NCBI GenBank assembly: GCA_000388065.2
Contig: KB932204.1
Reading direction: 5' to 3' (one strand)
Length of the DNA stretch: 12,463 nt
Source: Fonticula alba ATCC 38817
Taxonomy: Eukaryota > Protista > Nucleariida
The position numbers and the translations under genes are program-made. Below, in pieces: positions 1 through 10,191 of the stretch; the stretch's first letter is position 1, and each line of letters begins with the position of its first letter. A model generated the notes under the pieces. It saw nothing but the letters and a program-made list of their open reading frames with translations, did no database searches and was not told the DNA's origin.

Positions 1-210
1 GCCGCGCACAACAATCGGACCCCCACAGACCAGGGCGCGGGGCGGCGGGGGGAGGGGGGGCAATCGGGCGGCCAGCGCGCGGCCGGGATCGGTTGGCAGT
101 TCAGGTGTATTCACGTGTTTCGCCGGCGGACAACCGAGCGGCCGGGCCGCGCACACGGCCCGGGGGGGGGGGGAGGGGAGGCCCGGCGACCGGAGGCCGC
201 CTTCTCCGCG

Positions 211-1803
211 CTAGGGCAGCAGCAGCGCGCGGCCGGCGTCGGCGAAGTTGCACAGCCCGGGGCCGGTGGCCGCGAGGATGACGCGCACGCCGGCGCGCTG
301 GCCGGCCAGGCGCAAGTCGGCCGCCTCGGCCGGGGTCGTTCCCCCGAGCAGGACCACCAGCAGGGTGGACGGTCCTCCGGTGGCCGAGGGGCCGGGCCCG
401 GGGCCGGGGCCGGGGCCGGGCTCGGCGCCAGCCGGCGGGGCGGGCTGCTCGGGCGCGCGGGGGTGGTCCGCCCGGCCGGCCGGCCGGGGCTCGGGCCCGG
501 TGGACGACGTGCGTGGCCGGCCGGCCGGGCTGGGCGGCTCGGGCCCGGGTGCCTGGCCGTCGGACCGGCCGGCGTCGGGCTCGGGGCCGCCCCCGAGCAG
601 GGTGCTGAGGATGGCCCGGCCGCCGCGGGCCAGAGCCCCGCCCGGGGGCAGGACCCCGGCGATGCGCGCCCGGCGCCCGGCCCCGGTCAGGTAGCTGCTC
701 AGGGCGGCCAGCGGCTGGTCCGGGGGCGAGGCGACGCCGGCCAGGCCGGGGGTGGCCGCCGGCCGGGCCCCGCCGGCCCGGGCCCCGCCCGGGTCCGATT
801 GGCCGGCCGCCCCGGCCGCCACCTCCAGCGGGTCCGGCGACCCGGCCGGCGAGAAGGGCGGCGCCCAGGAGCTGTTCATGGCCTCCGGCGGGTCCAGCAG
901 GCGGAGCTCCGCCCGGCGGTCCGGCAGCATTTGGCACAGGGCCACCAGGGCCCGGAAGATGGCCCCGGGCCCGGACAGATCGCCCGGGTGCTCGGCGGCC
1001 AGGTGGCTGGGGCCGCGCCGGACGCGGTCCAGCCGGGCCAGGACCCGGCTCGGCCCGGCCGGCCCGCCGAGCCCCGGCCACTGGCGCAGGCGCAGGGCCA
1101 GAGCCGCGTCGCGTCGGCGCCAGGCCGACTCCACGTCGCCGGCCGCGTCGCCGGCCGACCCCCCGGGCCCGGCCCCGAGCGCCGCCGCCGCCGCCAGAAA
1201 GGCCCCGCCCGAGCGCCGGGCCCCGGTGGCCCGCAGCCGGGCCAGGTGCCGGTCGCACGCCCCGAGCAGGCAGTACACCCAGCCGCAGAGGGCCAGCGCC
1301 AGGGGCAGGACCGCCCCGGCTGGCAGGGCCCCGGCCAGGGCGCCGAGCGTGTGGCCGCCGGCCTGCCCGGGCCCCGGCGCCCGGCGGCCCTTCCCCTGCG
1401 CCTCCTCCTCCTCCTCCGGCGGAGTCAGCGCATCCAGCACCTCCACCAGCTGGTCGAACACCTGGCTGATGACCGTGTCCAGGGCGTCCACCCCGGCCGG
1501 GCAGGACAGCAGGGTCGACAGCATGACCCGGCTGGCCGAGTGCAGGGCGTCAGCCAGGCGGTCCAGCAGGATGGCCCTGTGGCGGCCGGGGCAGGGCGAG
1601 GGGGGGGCGGGACAAAGTCAGCTACGGAGCCGGCGACGACCGAGGGCGAGCAACAAAAGCCGGGGCAAGAGGGGGGGGGGGACGTACTGCGGGTCAGAAA
1701 GGCGGGCTCGGAGCATGCGCGCCAGGGCCAGCAGCCCGGTTGGCGGGACGCCGGCCAGGGCAGTCTGCTCGATGATGGAGTCCAGCTGCTGCAGGGGCGA
1801 GCT
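211..1803 (-). CDS. SCFD2: SCFD2/MIP3-like SM protein, 3' part: exons 1803-1688 and 1576-211 (493 aa + TAG)
   Basis: Phase-0 acceptor CACAG at 1804 after a pyrimidine tract. Intron 1687-1577 (GTACGT...CAG, CTGAC branch near 1621-1617) rebuilds a CA|G Gln codon in frame. The C-terminus LLVVLLGGTTPAEAADLR...VRVILAAT matches the SM C-terminal motif (SCFD2 LLILFVVGGVTVSEVKMV...QVIVLST; Vps33-type GGxTxxE). PTGLLALARMLRARLSDPQ ~ HCGLLQLGLATAQTLKHPQ and LALCGWVYCLLG ~ LLILLIYIYSVTG (recalled human SCFD2). Stop TAG at 213-211. Confidence 0.7.
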
Positions 1804-1899
1804 CTGTGAAGTGGGCGGAGCAAAGGGGGGAGCAGAAAGTGAAGGAGCAGCAAAGAGCGAAGGGGCGGCAAATGGTAGCAGTAGAAGGGCAGCAGACAA

Positions 1900-1987
1900 C
1901 AAGTGAGCAGCAAGTGAGCAGCAAGTGAGCAGCAAGTGAGCAGCAAGTGAGCAGCAAGTGAGCAGCAAGTGAGCAGCAAGTGAGCAG
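1900..1987 (+). repeat. Tandem repeat (CAAGTGAGCAG)x8, truncated by an N gap
   Basis: Eight perfect 11-mers counted from 1900, ending at the gap at 1988. Lies in the acceptor-side part of the SCFD2-like intron 3. Confidence 0.95.
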
Positions 1988-1997
1988 NNNNNNNNNN
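1988..1997. other. Assembly gap (10 N)
   Basis: Run of 10 Ns between the 11-mer repeat and a G run. Confidence 0.99.
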
Positions 1998-2378
1998 GGG
2001 GGGGAGGCAATGCGGTGTTGCTCTCGCCGTGCGGAGCCCCGCGCCCTGCCGCCTTTCGAGGCTGGGCGCGTCAGGGCGCGTGCGCGCACGGCCCCCCACC
2101 CGGCCCGACACATCCGCACCCGAGCGCGCCGGCGCAACGCCCCCGGGCACAGGGCGCGATCTGCCCGGCCCCGCGCCGTTCTCGGCTCCCCCCCCGCCCC
2201 CCCCCACGCAGCAGGATGTTGTGTATGGCGGGGAAGGCGGCCCCCGATCGGGGCGCGGACGCGCCGAACAGTTGGCAGCTCGGTGTGTATATATACTCCC
2301 CCCCCCCGGCACAAACACACTCAAAGGGGATGGCGCCGCGGCGGAGGGAGAGAGGGGGCAAGGCGCGCGCACGCGCAC

Positions 2379-2430
2379 GGACACACAAACACACAGGCAC
2401 AGAAAGGGCATCTTTGCCGGGGGTTATTTT
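2379..2430 (-). terminator. Possible 3'-end processing signal of the DUF2009 gene
   Basis: On the minus strand, AAAATAAC (2430-2423) lies about 130 nt after the stop and is followed by a GT-rich tract (TGTGCCTGTGTGTTTGTGTGT). The hexamer is non-canonical. Confidence 0.25.
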
Positions 2431-2559
2431 GCTTTTTTTGTGGCCAGAGGAAGGAGGGAGGCGCGACCACGGCATCCCCCCCGGCTCCCCCCCCCCCCAT
2501 TGGGGAGGGCACACGACGGGGCAGATGCGCCTGCCCGCCGGAGGGGCATGCAAGAAGGG

Positions 2560-5500
2560 TCAGCCGTCGAAGTCCCCGTCGAAGCCGTACACCCCGGCCA
2601 GGCGGAAGAGCGGGTAGTAGTGCTTGCGCTCGATCTGCGAGCACCAGTTCCAGGTGCTGGTCAGGCGGCCGTCGACACAGGACCCGGCGTCGAAGAAGTT
2701 GTCGGCGCCGGCCCCGTCGAAGGCGTGGCGGAAGAAGTCCGTCAGGATGGTCCGGGTGGCATCCTGCACGGAGCCGAAGTTGTGCACGACGAAGGCCTCC
2801 AGCGGCTTGTTGCTGGCGCAGTTGAACTCCACATAGCGCAGGGTGGTGACCAGCGGCCCGAGGATGCGGGGGATCTGCATGTACTTGTCGATGAAGTGCA
2901 GGGCATTGGGCACATTGTGGTCGCCCAGGTGCACCACCGACGAGCCGATCCACTGGTGCGACAGGCGCGACTGGACCTTGTGAATGATGGTCTGAATGGC
3001 GCGGTACAGGCGCGGGGCGGGCTGCACCCGCTGCACCCCCTGGCCGGTGTTCTGCAGCCGGTAGGGCCGGACCTTCATGTCCAGCAGGTCCTCCTCGGCC
3101 ATCATCCACAGCTGGTACATGTGGTGGAGGATCTCCCGCCAGAGGGTCAGCGACTGCAGGACAAAGTGGAACTGCTGGGTGTGCGAGTGCGACAGCCGGG
3201 CCTGGTTCTCCCCGGCCCGGATGGCCAGCGAGAACCGGTCCTGCAGCGGGGCGCTCGGATTGAAGTTGGTGTTCAGGTAGGTGATCATCATGTCCACCAG
3301 GTCACGGCTGTACGTGAGGAAGGCGTTGTGGTCGCCGAGTGAGAGGATGCAGAGCTCGATCTGGGTTGGTGTGGTGTGTGGGGTTGGGGGGGGGCCGGGG
3401 GAGGAGGAAGTAAAGCGAGGCGAAGTGAGGGGAAGTGAGGGGAAGTGAGGGGAAGTGAGGGGAAGTGAGGGGAAGTGAGGGGAAGTGAGGCAAGGTAAGA
3501 CAAGGCAAGGCAGGACAAGACAAGACAAGGCAAGGCAAGGCAAGGCAAGACAAGGAAAAAAAGACAAGGCAAAGCGAAGCAAAATAAAACAAGGAAGGGC
3601 AACGGAAAAAAAGACAAGGCAAAGCGAAGCAAAATAAAACAAGGAAGGGCAAGGGAAAAAAAGACAAGGAAAAAAGACCAAACACGGAGGAGAGCCAGAT
3701 CAAAAATCGGAGGACAGCCAGGTCAGAGCACGGAGGTCAAAAGGCGGGACAGGAGGCACATGGCATGCCCGGGGGAAAGGGGAGCGATGGCAGGGAGGGA
3801 GACCCGGGCGGCGGCCGCGGCGATGGTCGCACCTCCTCCGGGCTGATCTCCTCGTTGGCGTGCTTGCGGCTCAGGTCGGCGATGGCCCGACGCTTGAGGG
3901 CCACATCGCGATCGATCTCGGCCCGGGTGAGCGACGAGTAGGGGGAGATCACCTGGATGGCGTAAATGAGCAGCGGGTCCTCCAGCAGGGCCAGCGCCCC
4001 GAAGGCCTCCAGGTACGAGTGCACCGTCTTGATGGGCGCCACCAGGGAGAAGTCCAGGGCGTCGGCCACCTCCGGCAGGCTGGAATCCTGCAGCAGCAGC
4101 ATCATGGTCCCGTAGGAGGTGCGCATGCGGTCGGGGTTCATGATCTTGAAGCGCCGGGCCACCTCGAAGGCCGCCTCGAAGTAGGGGGCGCGCTCCTTGA
4201 AGTCCAGGTCCCGGGCCAGGCGCGCGGCGTACTTGTAATCCGTCGACACGGCCAGGCTCAGGAGGATGGCGCACACGGCATTGATCTGGACGGATGGCCG
4301 GCCGGCCGGCAGGGGACCACGAGGGCGGGCAGGGCAGCGGCCGAGGTTAGACCGGGGGGAGGGGCGGCGCAGGGAAGGGGGCAAGCAGGGGCGCCGGCAG
4401 GGGCGCCGGCAGGGGCGCCGGCAGGGGCGCCGGCATGCGCGGCCCGCCAGGCCAAGGCCATCGGCACAGGGAGCGCCCCCCAGGGGGGCGGGGGGACCGA
4501 GGCACGTACACTGCGCTTGATGCGGCTGACCTTGCGCGTGGGGTCGTCCGCCTTGTCGGCGTAGTTGCTCACATGGAAGGTGCTCTCCACCAGGCGCAGG
4601 AAGTCCCGCTCTTCGTCATTCAGCCGGACGGGCACGAACTTGGCGCGTTCCATGAGCTCGCGCAGCTCGCCGGTGCTGGCGGCCACCGACCGGGCCAGGG
4701 CCTCGACATTGCGCAAGTCGGCCGGCTCGGCCGGGGCGGCCCCCCCGGGGACACCGTCCGGCGAGAGGGACGGCCGGCCGCTGGCCGGCTGCGACCCGGC
4801 CCCGGAGGACTGCGAGAAGGAGGCCCGGCCGCCGGTGGGGGTGCCCGGCCGGTCGGACGGCGCCGCACCCGGGTCCGGCAAGTTTTCCACCCCCATGCCA
4901 TTGATGGACTCCATGGTCAGCTGGCCGTTGAGGAGCTGGCGCCAGGTGTGCAGGCGCCGGCGCCCGGACCGGTGGACAACCTCGAAGCAGGCATTGCAGA
5001 AGGACTCCTTGCACACGACGCAATAGACCGACGAGGGCCCGGCACAGTCGATGCAGGTGTGCAGCTCCGGGCCGCCGGGGCCGGGGCCGCTTCCGCCGGC
5101 CGACGGCGGCCCCGGGGCCAGGTACGTGGACAGGGGGCTGGCATCGGCCGCCGGGCCGGCCGGCGCCGCCCCCCCGGCGGGGTCCGGCCCGAAGAGGTGG
5201 GCGTCGGCTTGCGACGGCCGCCCCGGCCGGCGGAAGGGGCGCCCGGCCCGCGCCGGCCCGCGCGAGGAGTCGCCACTCTCGGAGTCCGAGTCATCCGGCC
5301 CCGGGGCCGGGGCCGGCGCCGCCCCGAGGAAGGACCCGATGTAGCTGAAGAGCGAGGCCAGCACCCCGGCCGGCGGGTCGGGCAGCGGGTCGGACGAGCT
5401 CAAGTCCGAGGCCGACAGCAGCGGCCGCGGGGAGATCGACCGCACGGAGGAGGTCGACGACCGGGAGTTGAAGGAGGCCGTGGAGTTGGACGGCGAGGGC

Positions 5501-5673
5501 GACCGGCGCATGAGTCCGGACGACCGGGGCTGCAGGTCGCCGGCCATGCCGCCGAGGGGGGCCGCCGTGCCGAAGGGGCCCGCCGGCGGGACGGTCAGCG
5601 ACTGCGACCGGGGCCGGCTGCTGTCGCCGAGGTGCGCGCGCCCCGGGGGCGGGGGGCCTTCGAGCCCGGACAT
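2560..5673 (-). CDS. B-box zinc finger + DUF2009/UPF0652-family protein; exons 5673-4510, 4285-3833, 3360-2560 (about 805 aa)
   Basis: Introns 4509-4286 (GTACGT...CAG, CTAAC branch 4350-4346) and 3832-3361 (GTGCGA...CAG) are both phase 0. Spliced joins read RIKRS|INAVCAIL and ISPEE|IELCILSLGDHNAFL. Family-typical motifs: FVPVRLNDEERDFLRLVE, ARLSHSH, TGQGVQRVQ, WIGSSVVHLGDHNVPNALHFIDKY, FFRHAFDGAGADNFFDAGSCVDGRLTSTWNWCS, GFDGDF. TGA at 2562-2560. The true start could lie further upstream because the frame is open into the N gap. Confidence 0.88.
3422..3490 (+). repeat. Tandem repeat (GAAGTGAGGG) about x7 in DUF2009 intron 2
   Basis: Direct reading of a 10-bp period. Confidence 0.95.
3491..3669 (+). 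repeat. (CAAGG/CAAGA)n pentamer tract followed by a 50-bp tandem duplication (3551-3600, 3601-3650, partial 3651-3669) in DUF2009 intron 2
   Basis: GGAAAAAAAGACAAGGCAAAGCGAAGCAAAATAAAACAAGGAAGGGC recurs at a 50-bp spacing. Confidence 0.9.
4385..4435 (+). repeat. Tandem repeat (GCAGGGGCGCCG)x4 in DUF2009 intron 1
   Basis: Four 12-mers at 4385, 4397, 4409 and 4421. Confidence 0.93.
4948..5055 (-). other. B-box-type zinc finger coding segment within the DUF2009 gene
   Basis: CIDCAGPSSVYCVVCKESFCNACFEVVHRSGRRRLH has C-x2-C-x7-C-x2-C-x4-C-x2-C-x4-H-x7-H spacing, which is B-box-like. Confidence 0.8.
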
Positions 5674-5715
5674 GCTGGCGGGGGCGAGGGGGGGAGGTGC
5701 AGGGGGGCGAGGGGG

Positions 5716-6644
5716 NNNNNNNNNNNNNNNNNNNNNNNNNNNNNNNNNNNNNNNNNNNNNNNNNNNNNNNNNNNNNNNNNNNNNNNNNNNNNNNNNNNNN
5801 NNNNNNNNNNNNNNNNNNNNNNNNNNNNNNNNNNNNNNNNNNNNNNNNNNNNNNNNNNNNNNNNNNNNNNNNNNNNNNNNNNNNNNNNNNNNNNNNNNNN
5901 NNNNNNNNNNNNNNNNNNNNNNNNNNNNNNNNNNNNNNNNNNNNNNNNNNNNNNNNNNNNNNNNNNNNNNNNNNNNNNNNNNNNNNNNNNNNNNNNNNNN
6001 NNNNNNNNNNNNNNNNNNNNNNNNNNNNNNNNNNNNNNNNNNNNNNNNNNNNNNNNNNNNNNNNNNNNNNNNNNNNNNNNNNNNNNNNNNNNNNNNNNNN
6101 NNNNNNNNNNNNNNNNNNNNNNNNNNNNNNNNNNNNNNNNNNNNNNNNNNNNNNNNNNNNNNNNNNNNNNNNNNNNNNNNNNNNNNNNNNNNNNNNNNNN
6201 NNNNNNNNNNNNNNNNNNNNNNNNNNNNNNNNNNNNNNNNNNNNNNNNNNNNNNNNNNNNNNNNNNNNNNNNNNNNNNNNNNNNNNNNNNNNNNNNNNNN
6301 NNNNNNNNNNNNNNNNNNNNNNNNNNNNNNNNNNNNNNNNNNNNNNNNNNNNNNNNNNNNNNNNNNNNNNNNNNNNNNNNNNNNNNNNNNNNNNNNNNNN
6401 NNNNNNNNNNNNNNNNNNNNNNNNNNNNNNNNNNNNNNNNNNNNNNNNNNNNNNNNNNNNNNNNNNNNNNNNNNNNNNNNNNNNNNNNNNNNNNNNNNNN
6501 NNNNNNNNNNNNNNNNNNNNNNNNNNNNNNNNNNNNNNNNNNNNNNNNNNNNNNNNNNNNNNNNNNNNNNNNNNNNNNNNNNNNNNNNNNNNNNNNNNNN
6601 NNNNNNNNNNNNNNNNNNNNNNNNNNNNNNNNNNNNNNNNNNNN
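5716..6644. other. Assembly gap (929 N)
   Basis: Run of Ns upstream of the DUF2009 ATG. Confidence 0.99.
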
Positions 6645-6940
6645 ACAAACCGTCGGCAGGGGCGGGGAGGCGGCGAGCGCAGACAGGAGGGCAGGGCGCG
6701 CGAGGGGGAGGAAGCAGGGCGTGGGAGCAGGAGGGAGGCTTGACGCGATCCCGGCGCCCGGTCGGGCCGCTGGGGTCCCGGCGCGGCCCCGGCTTTTCGG
6801 CAAAAGAGCCAGGCAGCACCGGACGAAGGACGCGCCCGGCCCCTCGTCGGCACGGCCGCGGTGACAGATCCCCCCCAGCGCCCGGCGCCCGGCGCCCGGG
6901 GGAAAACAAACGCCCGGAGCCCAACTGCCGCCGCATGCCC

Positions 6941-7007
6941 GTGACGCGCGCACGTGACGCGCGGCTGGACCATAACTGGCGGACCTGAGGCCGAGTTAAA
7001 GGTTTAA
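6941..7007. promoter_or_regulatory. Candidate core of a divergent promoter region between the DUF2009 gene and the plus-strand gene
   Basis: GTGACGCGCG direct repeat (6941, 6954) overlapping an E-box CACGTG (6951-6956), plus an AT-rich inverted-repeat island TTAAA-GG-TTTAA (6996-7007) in otherwise GC-rich DNA between head-to-head genes. Function is inferred only. Confidence 0.3.
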
Positions 7008-7399
7008 GTGTGCGGCGGTTGAGGGCTAGGCCGGCGCCCGGGGGCCCGCCTCACCCACATTCGCCTCCTGCCAGATCTTCGCGGCTTGCCCTTCCGCCCT
7101 CCTGCCTGCCGCCCGCCTGGGCCGCTCCCGCCCTGCGCCCGTCTTACCGGCGCACCCGCGCATACACACACGCACACACACACGAGGACAGGCACGCCGT
7201 CGCGTGGCCCCTCGCGCCCCTCGGCTCTAGCCCGCGCTCGCCGGTGCCCCGAGGCCCTGTCCGCGGCGGCGCGTCCCCCCCCCCCCCCCCCCACACACAC
7301 ACACCCGGCCCCTGACCTCGTGCCGAGCCGGTCAAGGGGCCCGCCTGACGATTCCCGGCCGAGTCCGGCGTCTCCGCCCCCTTTCCCGGCCGCCCGAGC

Positions 7400-8616
7400 A
7401 TGGGCGACTTCCTTTCCTACCAGGCCCGGCGAGGGCCGTGGTGCGAGTGCCGGCTGCGTGACCGGCCGACGGCCGGCGACCCGGCCGGGCGCTTCCGCTG
7501 CGGCGACCCGGCCCGGTCGGTGCCGTGCCGCTGCGCATGGCGCGCCGGCCCCGGGCCCGGGGACAAGCACGGCGCGGCCCCCAGCGCCTCGGTGGCCCTC
7601 AAGCCCAATGTGGCCTGCCTCCGGCGACATGATGATTGCTGTGCGTGTGAGGGCGGGAAAAAAAAGGAAGACTGCTCACGCCCAAGCGGGGGGAGGAGGG
7701 GGAGGTGACATCGCGCTCGGGGGCCCTCGCCGCGCCACACGGGCGGGAAACTAACACGCGGCATGCCGGGTCGGCGGCGACGGCGGCGGTGCGGTGCAGA
7801 CGGCTCGGCCGCCACGCCCCTGGGCCCGGTGGACCTGGTGACGGTGGCCTACGCCCGGGACGATGCCATCGGCCGGGCCTTTGTCCAGCGGGAGTCGGGG
7901 AAGTTCCGGGCCCCGGGGCCCGGGGGAGGCCCGGCAGCCGGCCCGCGCCGGGGCGCCAGCTCGTACATGCACATGGTGGTGCCGGCCGAGGGCCCGGGGC
8001 CCGGGGCCGGGGGCCACCCGCTGACGCGCGAGCGCCCGGCCAGCCCGGCCCCGGGCCCCGGGCCCGGCGCCCCGGGCACCTGGGCCAGCTCCTTCCTGGC
8101 CCTGCCCACCTCGCTGTCGCAATACCTCCGGGGGGACCTCTCCCGGTCGGGGTCGCAGTCGACCGAGCTGCCGGGGGCCGGCGAGGGGCCGGACGCCGGG
8201 CCGGCCGAGCCCGACCCCGGGCCCACGCCGGACCGGTGGCCGGACGACTGGAACTGGGCCGACCCTGGCGAGTGGGAGCACAGCTCCGGCCCGGAGGGCG
8301 GCGGCGTGGTGGAGGTGCTGCACGCGCTGGCCGGGCCCGGGTCGCCGCGCGACCCGGCCTCCTTCGCGGCCTTCGCCATGGGGCTGCTCCGGGAGCACCC
8401 GTTCGCCCGGGGCCCGGAGCCGGGCCCCGGGTCGACGGCCTCCTCGCTCGGGCCGTCGCCCAGCCCGTCGGCCGGGCGCCTGCCGCGCGGCGGCCTCGCC
8501 GGCGGCAACGGCGACGGCGGCGGCGGCGGCGGTGACCGGTCGCGCCCGGGCCTCGGGGCCCTGCTGGACCGGGTGTGGTCGGGGGCCGGGGCCGGGCGCG
8601 GGCCGAGGGCCGGGCT

Positions 8617-8647
<31 letters not shown>

Positions 8648-9171
8648 CGCGACCCGGCCGACCGCCGGCCCATGCCGGCCCCGGCCGAGGACCCGGACCC
8701 GGAGCCCCGGCCGCCGGAGACCGCCGAGGAGGCCCGCGTGCGCCGGGAGCTGCAGCTGGGCATGGGCCCGGCCGGGGGGCCGGGGCTGCTGGGCCCCGGG
8801 GCCCCGGGGCCCCGGTGCGACTCGCGCTGCTGCGGGGCCGGCCTGCAGCTGGCCGACGTGCCCGGCCAGCGGCCCGACTCGCCGGCCGACTGCAACCTCC
8901 CGGCGTGGGCCGGCCACGCGGCCCCGGTGCTGGCCCGGCTGTACACCTTCGACCTGCTCCGCCGGCGGGACATCTGCGTGGAGGTGTGCTTTGTGGGCCG
9001 GCCGCGCGGGTCCCTGGCCCGGGGGGTGGGCCTCCGGTGCTTCACGGTCGACCCGCAGGATCCCAGCGTCTTGTGCGTCTTGGCGGCCCGGCGCGCGCCG
9101 GGAGGGAGCAGGGGGGCAGGGGGGGCAACACGCGGGCCTGGGTCGCCGCACACACACACACACACGCACAC

Positions 9172-9202
<31 letters not shown>

Positions 9203-9988
9203 GATGCACATGGATGGCGCACTGACCGCGGAGCGCGCCCGGACGCCGGCCAGCCACCCGGTCGACCCGCAGGACGCGGAGTGCTGGCGCCGGGTGGCCC
9301 TGTCGAAGGACCTGCGCGAGGGGGCCCTGCGGGGGGTGCTGCGCGACGCGGCCGCCGTCAGCCCGGCCTGGTTCAGCCTCGTCCGGTGGCTGGAGGGCCC
9401 GGGGCCGGGGGCCGGGCCGACGCCGGCGCCGCTGGAGGCGGCCCGGCTGCTGGGCCGCGCCGGCACCGCCCCGCCGCCGCTGGCCGCCGCGGCCCTCGAG
9501 GCCCCCACCGGGTCCGGGCTGGACCTGGACCCGGGCCCGGGGTCGACCGCCGCCGGTGCCGCCGCCGCCGCCGCCGATGCCGATGCCGATGCCGATGCCG
9601 ACGCCCCGCCGGCCCCGGCCGATGTGGCCGCGCCGGTGTCCCGGGCCGCGGTCATCTGGGCCGCGGTCCTGGCCGCCGGCGACCCGGTCAGCCCGCCAGG
9701 TACGTCAATGCCCGACCGCTCGCCCCCGGCGCCTGCCGTCGTGTACTTACGCCGATGGACGCTGCGGCCATGGCGCCCGCGCCCGGTGCGCCCGGACGCC
9801 CAGACCCCCCGGCCGGCCGGCGCACGCCGCCGATCGAGGCGCACCTGGCCGCGGCACTGCGCACGCTGGCCAACCCGCAGGCCGGCTGGGCCCGGCCGGC
9901 CCCGCTGCTGTCGCCGCCGGACCCCGACGAGCAGGAGGCCTACCACACGCTGCTGCTGCTGGCCGAGGCGGCGCACCGTCTGAGCAGG
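7400..9988 (+). CDS. Hypothetical protein, 3'-incomplete; exons 7400-7640, 7800-9072, 9254-9699, 9804-9988 (715 codons, no stop seen)
   Basis: ATG at 7400, with an in-frame upstream TGA at 7346. Introns 7641-7799 (GTGCGT, CTAAC 7751-7755, CAG; phase 1, T|AC = Tyr), 9073-9253 (GTGCGT, CTGAC 9222-9226, CAG; phase 2) and 9700-9803 (GTACGT...CAG; phase 1) all restore one continuous frame. A fourth donor GTACGC at 9989 opens a CA-rich intron that runs into the gap with no acceptor. No family recognised. Confidence 0.7.
9149..9202 (+). repeat. (CA)n microsatellite in intron 2 of the plus-strand gene
   Basis: CA run with two CG interruptions. Confidence 0.95.
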
Positions 9989-10037
9989 GTACGCCCGGCC
10001 GCCCGCCCTCCCCCTTGTCCCGCCGGCATGCTAACGT

Positions 10038-10181
10038 ACACACACGCCCACATGCACACGTACATACACACGTACATACATACGTACATACACACGTACA
10101 TACACACGTACATACACACGTACATGCACACGTACATACACGCACACGTCCATACACACACGCACACGTGCATACACACAC
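10038..10181 (+). repeat. CA-rich minisatellite, unit about CACACGTACATA, truncated by an N gap
   Basis: 12-bp period (translates HTYI-HTYI) downstream of the donor at 9989. Confidence 0.88.
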
Positions 10182-10191
10182 NNNNNNNNNN
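10182..10191. other. Assembly gap (10 N)
   Basis: Run of 10 Ns between the CA-rich repeat and the 29-mer repeat. Confidence 0.99.

Noticed and set aside
211-1524. Herpesvirus-like (ICP4/EBNA-style) Pro/Gly/Ala-rich proteins
   Set aside because: The resemblance is compositional only. Spliceosomal introns and SM/DUF2009 motifs indicate cellular genes.
4258-6988. ORFs of 350-890 aa spanning 5716-6644
   Set aside because: Their length is an artefact of translating Ns as X.
7763-7799. ORF-track start MPGRRRRRRCGA at 7763 as the gene start or an NLS
   Set aside because: It lies between a CTAAC branch point (7751) and a CAG acceptor (7797-7799), so it is intronic under the frame-consistent model starting at 7400.
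1998-10181. Inserted segment as a transposon or endogenous virus
   Set aside because: No transposase, RT, integrase or capsid motifs, and no visible TIR/LTR. The cargo is ordinary intron-containing genes, and the junctions are hidden in N gaps so TSDs cannot be assessed.
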